Source: Pseudomonadota bacterium
GTDB lineage: Bacteria > Bdellovibrionota > Bdellovibrionia > Bdellovibrionales > Bdellovibrionaceae
Assembly: GCA_041178425.1 (NCBI GenBank)
Contig: JBEGVH010000009.1
Coordinates: 64,001 to 128,000 of the forward strand
Length of the DNA stretch: 64,000 nt
Direction of reading: 5' to 3'
Below, piece after piece: positions 17,756 through 26,051 of the stretch. Every line of letters begins with the position of its first letter. Positions within the stretch are counted from its first letter, which is position 1. The notes under the pieces are model-generated. The model saw nothing but the letters and a program-made list of their open reading frames with translations. It searched no databases and was not told the DNA's origin. Position numbers and translations under genes: made by a program.

Positions 17756-18611
17756 ACTCCGTTTGTTGGTCTTCGGAAACCTTGAATTTTCCTTGGGCCA
17801 ATAATCTATCGATAATAACGCTAAAGTATTGTTTTTGATCGCTAGTGCCAGAAGTTGTAATTGGAACTCCCAAGTCTGAAGCCTCTCTTATTTGAACATC
17901 TAAAGGAATTTGGCCAAGAAAAGGAATTTCATACTGCTCAGCCAAAAGCAATCCGCCCATCTCACCAAACAGAAAATGTTTCTGCTTCGTAGTAGGATCC
18001 TCAAAATAGCTCATATTTTCGATGATTCCACCAATGGGGGCATTGATTTCTTGAAGCATACGAATGGCCCGTCGAACATCATCGGTAGCCACAGTTTGAG
18101 GGGTAGTTACTACAATTGACGATGTCACGTGGAGTTCTTGGAAAATCGTCAACTGACTATCGCCCGTCCCTGGCGGCATATCGATCACTAAAAAATCAAG
18201 TGCGCCCCAAGCAACGTCGTCAAGGAGTTGAATCATAGCACTTGTGGCAACCGACGATCGCCACATCAATGGCGTATCAGGTTTTGGTGTCGTTAAGCCT
18301 GGACTCATAATCTTAAGCCCAAAATTTTCAGAAGGAACTATCTTATTATCATTATTCCAGTGAAGCCGCTCGTTCTCAACCTGCAACATTCGGGGAACAC
18401 TCGGTCCATAAACATCGGCATCTAGTATTCCAACGGTAAAATCTCTTTGAGCCAATGCACTTGCCAAATGAACTGCAACGGTTGACTTGCCCACCCCGCC
18501 TTTTCCGCTGGTAACAATAACCACATTTTTTGCGTAGGGAGCACGATTATTTGGTTTTTGAGTGCTGCCAAAGGGAACTTTATTTTTCATTGAAGCGTTA
18601 TTTAATGCCAT
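17739..18611 (-). CDS. mrp: Mrp/ApbC/NBP35 Fe-S cluster carrier ATPase
   Basis: SGKGGVGKST, DADVYGPS, DMPPGTGD, IIENMSYF. The usual CPxC after ENMSYF reads EDPTT. Confidence 0.9.
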   Translation of the reverse strand: MALNNASMKNKVPFGSTQKPNNRAPYAKNVVIVTSGKGGVGKSTVAVHLASALAQRDFTVGILDADVYGPSVPRMLQVENERLHWNNDNKIVPSENFGLKIMSPGLTTPKPDTPLMWRSSVATSAMIQLLDDVAWGALDFLVIDMPPGTGDSQLTIFQELHVTSSIVVTTPQTVATDDVRRAIRMLQEINAPIGGIIENMSYFEDPTTKQKHFLFGEMGGLLLAEQYEIPFLGQIPLDVQIREASDLGVPITTSGTSDQKQYFSVIIDRLLAQGKFKVSEDQQTEFTDSL

Positions 18612-18667
18612 AAACCAAAGGTATTAACGATATCGCCATCGTGCAAGTAAATCTGTAGGTATTTTTT

Positions 18668-19759
18668 CTACGACACGCTCTCAATACCGCCCACCAAAGA
18701 AAATATCGGAGCCCCCTTATAATCTTGTAACAACTCTAAAGCTTGCAGTGATCGAACCCCTTTTTGACAATACAAAACAATTTTCTTTTCGATGGGACCA
18801 AAACGATGTCCATTGATTAAATCAGAAAGTGGCCAATGAAGAGCTCCGTCTAAATGCCCCCGCTCCCACTCAGACTGCTCACGCACATCGACCAGAGTGA
18901 CTTGATTTTTTTTTAGCCAAATTTGAACTTCACTCCAACTCACCTCTGAGGCACGCGAACAAATGGGCAAACTGAATTGAACCGGTATTTCATTGCCTTC
19001 TCGACTACAACACACACAGGTTTTATTCTTCTTAACCTGTAATTTTAGGGTGTCTAATTCATCCATCTGAAAAAAAACAATTCTACCCAAGGGGGGATAC
19101 AGGGCATGGGCAGGATCACCCCCTGAAATAATCCATTTAAGAACGAGAGAAGCCTGTGCCGTACCAATCATGCCCACCAGAGGCCCCAAAACTCCAGACG
19201 CTGAACAATTTTTTATTAGAGCCCGTGGTTCCTCAGGTAAAAAACAACGGTAACACGGCCCCTGTGAGCTATGAAATAAACCAAACTGACCTTCGAAGCG
19301 ATCAACTGCGCCATAAATCATAGGTTTTTTGAGCTTGTGCGAAATGGCGGCAATTAAAAACTTTGTACTGAAATTATCACTTCCGTCGATGATAATATCA
19401 TAATTAGAAACGATATCTTCTGCATTTTCAGAATTTAAATTTTCTTGGTAAATATTTATTTTACAATCGGAGTTGATCTTTTTTAGTTGTCTCTCTGCAA
19501 CGTTCACTTTCGGCAAGCCCTCATCGGAAGGAGAGAACAATATTTGCCTTTGCAGATTAGTCATCGAAACTGTATCGGAATCAATCAGACCAAGAGTTCC
19601 AATTCCTGCGGCAGTGAGATAAAGTGCGGCTGGTGTGCCTAAACCTCCAACACCCACTATTAGCACCTTCGCGCTCCGAATCTTTTGTTGCCCCTCTATC
19701 CCCACAAAATCCAAACTTTCATGCCGTAAGTAACGGTTATGCTGAATCTGTTGTAGCAT
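18668..19759 (-). CDS. moeB: Molybdopterin synthase sulfurylase MoeB with C-terminal rhodanese (MoeZ/MoeBR type)
   Basis: GVGGLG, SMTNLQRQ, CYRC and CVCC Zn motifs, C-terminal rhodanese YCQKGVRS. Confidence 0.9.
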   Translation of the reverse strand: MLQQIQHNRYLRHESLDFVGIEGQQKIRSAKVLIVGVGGLGTPAALYLTAAGIGTLGLIDSDTVSMTNLQRQILFSPSDEGLPKVNVAERQLKKINSDCKINIYQENLNSENAEDIVSNYDIIIDGSDNFSTKFLIAAISHKLKKPMIYGAVDRFEGQFGLFHSSQGPCYRCFLPEEPRALIKNCSASGVLGPLVGMIGTAQASLVLKWIISGGDPAHALYPPLGRIVFFQMDELDTLKLQVKKNKTCVCCSREGNEIPVQFSLPICSRASEVSWSEVQIWLKKNQVTLVDVREQSEWERGHLDGALHWPLSDLINGHRFGPIEKKIVLYCQKGVRSLQALELLQDYKGAPIFSLVGGIESVS

Positions 19760-20142
19760 TATGATTTCCCTTCGATGTGTAAGGGCTTCGATTTAATACT
19801 AAACGAATCCACTTCGAGATGAACTTCATGAAGATCGTCTACCCCAGAAAAATCAGTTTTAAATATTCGCGTGAGTTCTTTTTTAATTCTACCCTCTCGG
19901 GCACTAGTGGCTAATTCAGCAGCCGCAGGTCTAGGAAAACGAACCAATAAGGTCATCTTTCGATCGCTCATTTGAGTGATGAAATCAAATTTTTCACCCA
20001 GCTCAATTCGCAATTCAATACTATGCGCTTCTATAGAACCAAAAGAAACTTTTTGGCAATAGGAACCGTTTGTCAGAAACATTTCGAATTCTTCGATTTG
20101 AAAACGAATTCTAATATCTCTACCTTCAAATCGAACATTCAT
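19759..20142 (-). CDS. Hypothetical protein embedded in the Moco operon
   Basis: Translationally coupled between mobA and moeB (overlapping stop/start); no motif recognised with confidence. Confidence 0.7.
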   Translation of the reverse strand: MNVRFEGRDIRIRFQIEEFEMFLTNGSYCQKVSFGSIEAHSIELRIELGEKFDFITQMSDRKMTLLVRFPRPAAAELATSAREGRIKKELTRIFKTDFSGVDDLHEVHLEVDSFSIKSKPLHIEGKS

Positions 20143-20777
20143 ATTAACTCCAAATCTGATGGCGTATTACAATTGACAAAACAGCGATCATCAATCAACG
20201 GAAAGAGACGAGTTTTTGAGCGCTCTATCAAATTTAGAAAACTTCTACTCTTTTTTGAAAGCTGAAGTAACTCTTCTATATTTTCAACAACGGAAGGACT
20301 CGCTCTCAAGAGAATCGGAAAAACTTTTCCCTCAAAACAAAGAATTTCAGTCTCATCATCGTCCCTTCGTTGATTCACTAGATCGTACAAAAAATGCGGT
20401 TCCATCAGCGGCATATCAACTGGCATCACCAAAAGCCAAGCATCATTAATCCCTTTTTCGAGGAGCGATCGAATAACCGAGTAGAGCCCTCCGAGGGGCC
20501 CTAATCCTGGACTGATATCGGCGATACCGTCGTAGCCCTCAATCGTACCACTTAGCATTACTGAATAATTCTCAGTAACAAACTCACGGAGCATCCCAAG
20601 CGAACGATCGATCCATTTTTGACCGTCTTTTAATAAAAATCGCTTATCTTGCCCCATCCTCCGAGATTCACCCCCAGCAAGAACAACTGGTATTAGAGGT
20701 GCGCAGCACAAGAATGTTTTATCTCCTGCGTTTTCTCTTTGTGCCGATGCTGACATAATGCATGTCCCTTGAGCCAT
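20139..20777 (-). CDS. mobA: Molybdenum cofactor guanylyltransferase
   Basis: LAGGESRRMGQDK, GPLGGL, VDMP, NCNTP. The true start is probably the TTG near 20711 (AGGAG upstream), overlapping the end of moaE. Confidence 0.88.
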   Translation of the reverse strand: MAQGTCIMSASAQRENAGDKTFLCCAPLIPVVLAGGESRRMGQDKRFLLKDGQKWIDRSLGMLREFVTENYSVMLSGTIEGYDGIADISPGLGPLGGLYSVIRSLLEKGINDAWLLVMPVDMPLMEPHFLYDLVNQRRDDDETEILCFEGKVFPILLRASPSVVENIEELLQLSKKSRSFLNLIERSKTRLFPLIDDRCFVNCNTPSDLELI

Positions 20778-21193
20778 TCTGTTTCTCCGTCTTCATAGTG
20801 TTCTTTCTTCCAAATGGGGGCTCGAATTTTAATTTGCTCAATAATGAATCGCGAGGCCATGTAAGACTCATCCCGATGAAGTGAGCTTACACCAATGCCA
20901 ACACTCACCTCACCTACTGCTAACTGACCGACTCGATGCTGTACATAAATTCTAAGATCTTTACCCCAATGATCCTGAGCCTCTCTTGCAATTTCACGCA
21001 AAATTTTCTCTCCCAAGGGGGCGTAGGCATCGTAGCTCACAGCCATCACGGTCTTGCCTAAATTTACCTCTCTCACCGCGCCAAAAAAATAATTTTGAGC
21101 TCCATGCTGCATTTGCTGAGTGAACTGAAAGATGGCTTCAGGATCGAGTGGTCCCTCTGCTATACAACAAAAAACTTCACCGTATTCAGACAT
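20693..21193 (-). CDS. moaE: Molybdopterin synthase large subunit
   Basis: F.GAVR, YDAY, HRVGQL.VGE, SSLHR, IKIRAPIWKKE; start ATG 21193 immediately after moaD. Confidence 0.92.
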   Translation of the reverse strand: MSEYGEVFCCIAEGPLDPEAIFQFTQQMQHGAQNYFFGAVREVNLGKTVMAVSYDAYAPLGEKILREIAREAQDHWGKDLRIYVQHRVGQLAVGEVSVGIGVSSLHRDESYMASRFIIEQIKIRAPIWKKEHYEDGETEWLKGHALCQHRHKEKTQEIKHSCAAHL

Positions 21194-21194
21194 A

Positions 21195-21458
21195 CTACCC
21201 TCCACAGACGGGTGGAAGAATTGCAATTTCGCCACCTGGCACAACTAAGTCATGAGATGAATAAATTGACTCATCATTCGCGATAGCAGAGTCCAGAACC
21301 AGTTGATCGTCTTCAAATTGAGGATTCCTTTTTCGGAGAGCCTGACCAATTAACTGTTTTACCTCGCCGACAGTAATCTCGGAAGAGTGATCTATAACGA
21401 TATGTGTGTCATTTCCAACATACTTTCGAAAGGCCCCAAATAAACGAACTCTAGTCAT
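21195..21458 (-). CDS. moaD: Molybdopterin synthase sulfur carrier subunit
   Basis: Ubiquitin-like, V.LFG...; C-terminus AILPPVCGG. Confidence 0.9.
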   Translation of the reverse strand: MTRVRLFGAFRKYVGNDTHIVIDHSSEITVGEVKQLIGQALRKRNPQFEDDQLVLDSAIANDESIYSSHDLVVPGGEIAILPPVCGG

Positions 21459-21459
21459 T

Positions 21460-22722
21460 TTAAATTCCCCTCTCTATTTCAAAATACTCAACCATAGCAC
21501 CAGAATCAGTGACATTGCCAAACTCAGGTAAAATAACCCAAGCATTCGCTTCGCTAAAGTTTCCAACAAGGTATGAACCCTGCTGTGGAACAATCTCTGC
21601 AACACACTCCGCCTCTTCCTGAGTCACTCGCGCCTTGTAAAAGCAGGTCAACCCTTTTGGCTTTTTCATATCAAACCTGACTTTTGCCGTTCGTTTTTCT
21701 CTCTGAGTTCTGCCGAAACGCTCATTCAAATAGGGCCGAACAAAAAACTCAAGAGCCACTGCCGTACTCACAGGATTTCCTGGCATTCCAAAGACGGGAA
21801 TCGAAGAGCCCTTTTCCTGCAAAAAAATCTCTGCAAATAGTAATGGTTTAGCGGGTCTAATTGCCACTTTATGAAAATGAATAGTGGCCTTCAAATCCTT
21901 AAGAGCGGGCACAATAAAATCATATTTTCCCATCGAGACCGCGCCCGTAGTTAGAATAAGATCAACACCACTCACTAACACCCGTTTGAAAAGTTCAATA
22001 TAGGCTTGAGGTTCATCTGGGACCAGACCATAATTGATGACTTCGCATCCCAGGTTTTGGAGCTTAGATTCTAGATAGGGACCCGTGCAATTACGTATTT
22101 TTCCATGCGGCATTTGAGACTCTCTAAAATCAACAAGCTCAGAACCGGTCGACAGAATAGCGATACGAGGCTTTCTACAAACAGGAGCCTGGGTAATTCC
22201 GCAGGCAGCCAATGGCAAAATCATATCGATTCGAAAAACAGAACCCTTAGTTAAAAGTTTTTGCCCGATTTTCATATCGCTACCCGCTGGCCTGATATTT
22301 TCCAGTGGCGCGACTGCTCGGTGAATCCGAATCCAGTCTTTACCATTGGCTCGGAAACGCTCCACCTCTTCAATTTTTACCACGGCGTTAAAAGGAGAGG
22401 GAGGCACAGGCGCACCCGTCATGATTTCGAAAGCGCCTCGGTGAGAAGAAGACCCGTTAAGTCCAGTGTCTCCTGCTGCAATTTCCCCAATCACTTCGAG
22501 TTCAACAGGCGCATCAGAGGCTGCCAGAAGTGTATCGCTCGCATTGATTGCAAAACCATCCATAGCCGAATTATCAAACGATGGAACCAGGGTCTCACTG
22601 TGAATGTCCTGAGCTAGGATACGGCCTACGGCCATCGACAAATCAACCCACTCTAATGATAGATCCCCCAGAATCCTAGCCCGCTCTCTAATTGTGGTTA
22701 AGGCCTCATCGTATGAAATCAA
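21460..22722 (-). CDS. moeA: Molybdopterin molybdotransferase
   Basis: PSFDNSAMDGFA, IMTGAPVP, STGSEL, TTGAVSMG.YD, GMPGNPVS. Confidence 0.95.
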   Translation of the reverse strand: MISYDEALTTIRERARILGDLSLEWVDLSMAVGRILAQDIHSETLVPSFDNSAMDGFAINASDTLLAASDAPVELEVIGEIAAGDTGLNGSSSHRGAFEIMTGAPVPPSPFNAVVKIEEVERFRANGKDWIRIHRAVAPLENIRPAGSDMKIGQKLLTKGSVFRIDMILPLAACGITQAPVCRKPRIAILSTGSELVDFRESQMPHGKIRNCTGPYLESKLQNLGCEVINYGLVPDEPQAYIELFKRVLVSGVDLILTTGAVSMGKYDFIVPALKDLKATIHFHKVAIRPAKPLLFAEIFLQEKGSSIPVFGMPGNPVSTAVALEFFVRPYLNERFGRTQREKRTAKVRFDMKKPKGLTCFYKARVTQEEAECVAEIVPQQGSYLVGNFSEANAWVILPEFGNVTDSGAMVEYFEIERGI

Positions 22723-23809
22723 AATGAAACTCCTTATGCCGAAGCAAATGAATTATACCAAAGACTAAAAACACCCAGAGAAGATTTTTTGTCAGTAAAA
22801 CTACGGCCACTGTTGCAAAGAGATACCATCGCCCCCCTGCCTCTTTCCAACTCTGATTGGCCAGAGTGACATGGAAACAACCTACTGTGGCTAACAACAC
22901 CACGAGCAAAAATGCAGGAATGACAACACCTGTATTGGAAATTAAAAACGAAAGAACGATGAGGAGTAAACCAAAGAAAGCCGTCGATGACCAATGTCGG
23001 GCCCCAGAACGGTAATGAGCTGTTAGTCCCCCAGAACCATGACAAAAAGGCATTCCCCCAAACGCGGCGACGACTAGGTTTCCTAATCCGATCACTCCCA
23101 AAAGCTGACGAAACGTCAATTTGCTAGACTGATTTGGAAAAAGCCGGTCGCAAATAATCTTTGTAGACAGCACTGAATTTCCCATGGTCAAAAAGATTTG
23201 TGGAAGTATCAACCCGATGACCATGCCCCAACGCACATCACTCTGAGATACACCCACACTCGCTCCCAAGACTTCACCCTCAGTCCCATTCACCAGACCA
23301 ATAAAAAAGGCAATGGTAGCACTCAGGCCTAGAAGGGGAACACCACGCCACTCCGATCTCCAAAGAAGAGCACTAACGAAAACAAAACAAAGAGCAATTT
23401 CTAATGGAGGAAGGCTCGCTTTTGATGCTGATTGAACGGATTGCAGAATTAACAATACGCCTAAGCCCACTTGGAGTTGGTGAATCAATATCAGCGGAAC
23501 TTTACTGAGGATTGAATCAATTTTTTTACCCTTAAACAACAGCAGTATACAAAAAAAACCTATCCCTGCACCTGCCCAGCGAATTTCAGCAAAAGAGGCT
23601 CCAATAGCCACTGCTGCCATTGCCACTGACTTGAGTGGCTGAACTGGCATAGGCACCCGATAGTACAAGGCTGAGAACACATAAATAAAACCCGTAGAAA
23701 TTAAAAGGGGCGCCATAGATACATGAGCCTTTGAACTCAATAAGACCAAAATTGGAAACAAAATAGCCGCATCCCCAAAAGCACCAAAAAAATTACTTAC
23801 CAGCTTCAT
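22706..23809 (-). CDS. MOT1-family (sulfate-transporter-like) molybdate transporter
   Basis: PMPVQPLKSVA and FGGMPFCHGSGGLTAHYRSGAR match the two MOT1 signature motifs; hydrophobic; inside the Moco operon. Confidence 0.85.
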   Translation of the reverse strand: MKLVSNFFGAFGDAAILFPILVLLSSKAHVSMAPLLISTGFIYVFSALYYRVPMPVQPLKSVAMAAVAIGASFAEIRWAGAGIGFFCILLLFKGKKIDSILSKVPLILIHQLQVGLGVLLILQSVQSASKASLPPLEIALCFVFVSALLWRSEWRGVPLLGLSATIAFFIGLVNGTEGEVLGASVGVSQSDVRWGMVIGLILPQIFLTMGNSVLSTKIICDRLFPNQSSKLTFRQLLGVIGLGNLVVAAFGGMPFCHGSGGLTAHYRSGARHWSSTAFFGLLLIVLSFLISNTGVVIPAFLLVVLLATVGCFHVTLANQSWKEAGGRWYLFATVAVVLLTKNLLWVFLVFGIIHLLRHKEFHFDFIR

Positions 23810-24842
23810 GACCCTCTCCGCGAATCATCTTGAGAGCATGCGGTATCAACTCACTGAGAACTTGCATCCCCTCTTTGACGGCCTTTGGGCTCCCAGGCAG
23901 ACAAACAACTATTGTTTGGCCTACCTGTATTGCAACAGATCGACTCAACCACGCATTTTTAGTAAACTGCGAACCATAGCTTCTTAATCGCTCTCCGATG
24001 CCGGGAATAATCCGACCATTCATTGTCTCTGCTAAAGTATTTAGTGCTTCCGGAGTCACATCACGAGGCGACAAACCGGTGCCACCGGTCGTAATTATTA
24101 AATTGGGTTGAACTTTTTGAATCCATGCTTTGAGAGTTTCATTTATAGCGCTCACATTATCGGGAACGATTCCGTGGCTTAGGAGTTTGGAGTTGCGCTC
24201 AATGAGCCAGTCATGAATGACTGGCCCAGATCGATCTTCGTACTGGCCACGGGCTGCCCGATCACTAACAGTTAATGCACAGACTTGGATTTCGGCCCAG
24301 GCCTGATCGCCCACCAAATCCGTTTTTTTTATCAACCCACCGACTTCGCCTGCAGCAGAAGGCAAGGAGGGATTGTTCCACACCCCCGACTTACCCCCCT
24401 GCTTGAACTCGAGTTGAACATCACCAATTCGCAAAACTGGATCAACACCCTTGGCGAGATCATAGATGCAAAGAAGGGCTGCTGTCGCGCCACAAAGAGC
24501 CTCCATTTCAACACCGGTTTTACCAACCGTCTGGGCTTCACAAGAGACTTTTATTCGATTATTTTCTTCAAACTCAGTCCATACTCTGACCGACGACAGA
24601 TCGAGCGGATGGCAGAGCGGCAAAAGGTCGATGGTTCGTTTGGCAGCCTGAATACCCGCCACCTCGCAAAGCACAAGAACATCGCCTTTTGGCAGGCGAC
24701 GCTCTTTAATCAATTGAAGAGTTTCGGGCTGAGCGTAAAAAAATCCGCTGGCCCGGGCAATACGATGGGTTTCCCCCTTAGCCGAGATATCAATCATTCG
24801 AAAATTAGCCACCGATTTCGGCGAAATTGGCTGTTGTTCCAT
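23793..24842 (-). CDS. moaC: MoaC-MogA/MoaB fusion
   Basis: N-terminal MIDIS.K, LLPLCHP, TGVEMEAL, K.GGKSG (MoaC); C-terminal TVSDR..DRSG, TTGGTGLSPRDVTPEA, LPGSPKA (MogA/MoaB). Confidence 0.92.
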   Translation of the reverse strand: MEQQPISPKSVANFRMIDISAKGETHRIARASGFFYAQPETLQLIKERRLPKGDVLVLCEVAGIQAAKRTIDLLPLCHPLDLSSVRVWTEFEENNRIKVSCEAQTVGKTGVEMEALCGATAALLCIYDLAKGVDPVLRIGDVQLEFKQGGKSGVWNNPSLPSAAGEVGGLIKKTDLVGDQAWAEIQVCALTVSDRAARGQYEDRSGPVIHDWLIERNSKLLSHGIVPDNVSAINETLKAWIQKVQPNLIITTGGTGLSPRDVTPEALNTLAETMNGRIIPGIGERLRSYGSQFTKNAWLSRSVAIQVGQTIVVCLPGSPKAVKEGMQVLSELIPHALKMIRGEGHEAGK

Positions 24843-25791
24843 AAATTCCTTTTTGCAATTGATGGGATATTTTTTTGTTAACCATAAGTTCTTTTATCAC
24901 ATTGGGAAGATCTCTCATTTGCTCGTCGCTTTGAAGCCACGGGCGAAGATCAAGATCTCCATCTCCAAACAAACAGAGGCGTAATTTTCCGCGGGCAGAA
25001 ACCCGCAAGCGATTGCAAGAATGGCAAAAATCGTTAGAGTACGGTGCAATCAAACCAATCGAACCCTGAAATTCTGGGTGCACAAAAACATCGGCAGGGC
25101 CATCTTGAAGTCCTCTCTCGATGGACTCCCAACCACGCCGAAACAACTCTTCCCTAACGACTCCCGTCGATAAATGTCGGTCGGCAAAAAAATCCAAATT
25201 ATCTCCCGTCTTCATCAATTCGATAAACCGTATACTAATCTGACGATTTTTTGCGTAATTGAGGAAAGCCCCAACTTCAGAATCATTGAGTCCTTTTAAA
25301 AGAACAACATTCACTTTGATTTTTGTGAAACCAATGACCAAGGCATCATCAATACAATCGATGATTTGATGAAATAGCGGTGATCCTGTAATTTTGGCAA
25401 AACTTTCATTTTTCAAACTATCAAGACTTATATTTAAAGCCGACAAACCAGCTTTTTTTAAATCAGGCAAGAGCGACCTTAAGCGAAAGGCATTCGTTGT
25501 AAGCGCTATATTTTTGATGTTTTTTTGGGACGAAATTGTTTCGATAATTTCTAAAATATCTTTTCGAAGAGTTGGTTCTCCTCCAGTAATGCGAACTTTC
25601 TGAAAACCCAAAGATGAAAAACCATGAACCAAACGACGAATTTCTTCCAGACTCATTTCATTGGCAGTCTCGCATGGATTCTTCTTGTATCCATTAGGCA
25701 AGCAATAGGAACAGCGAAAATTACAACGATCGGTCACCGACAGTCGCAAGTATTTAAATGTTCGCCCGAATGAATCCCTTAACTCGCCCAT
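24805..25791 (-). CDS. moaA: GTP 3',8-cyclase (radical SAM)
   Basis: LRLSVTDRCNFRCSYC, TGGEP, CHSCNRLR...LCLF, C-terminal IGG. Confidence 0.96.
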   Translation of the reverse strand: MGELRDSFGRTFKYLRLSVTDRCNFRCSYCLPNGYKKNPCETANEMSLEEIRRLVHGFSSLGFQKVRITGGEPTLRKDILEIIETISSQKNIKNIALTTNAFRLRSLLPDLKKAGLSALNISLDSLKNESFAKITGSPLFHQIIDCIDDALVIGFTKIKVNVVLLKGLNDSEVGAFLNYAKNRQISIRFIELMKTGDNLDFFADRHLSTGVVREELFRRGWESIERGLQDGPADVFVHPEFQGSIGLIAPYSNDFCHSCNRLRVSARGKLRLCLFGDGDLDLRPWLQSDEQMRDLPNVIKELMVNKKISHQLQKGIYGTTANFAEIGG

Positions 25792-25916
25792 GATTCCCCT
25801 TGTAGAGTGTTAGGAATTTCAATTTCTCAAAATTCCCTGGTAGCCAAAACATTTTGACCACGACATCAACCGCTTATTAATTTTCAAATTAACTTAGCCG
25901 ATGATGCTCGGAGACC
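25792..25916 (-). promoter_or_regulatory. Candidate Moco riboswitch (Moco RNA motif) in the moaA leader
   Basis: Minus strand reads GGTCTCCGAGCATCATCGGCTAAG...CGGTTGATG-TC-GTGGTCAAAA/TTTTGGCTAC-CAGGGAATTTTGAGAAATTGAAATTCCT...AAGGGGAATC-ATG. Stacked stems and the CAGGG..GAAAT..CCT element resemble the E. coli moaA leader. Confidence 0.7.
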
Positions 25917-26051
25917 TTTTTCTTAAAATAAACAACTGTTATAGTAGCCAGCAATAAAAGAGCTTCGCAAGATTTTTCTCCTGTCCTTTTTTGACTCAGT
26001 TTGCCGAGGGAATAAGCCTATAGAAAGGGCCACATCAAACATCTGAACTTG

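Noticed and set aside
24285..24881. 198-aa plus-strand ORF and the other short antisense ORFs in the track
   Set aside because: They lie antisense to or out of frame within well-supported genes and have no motifs.
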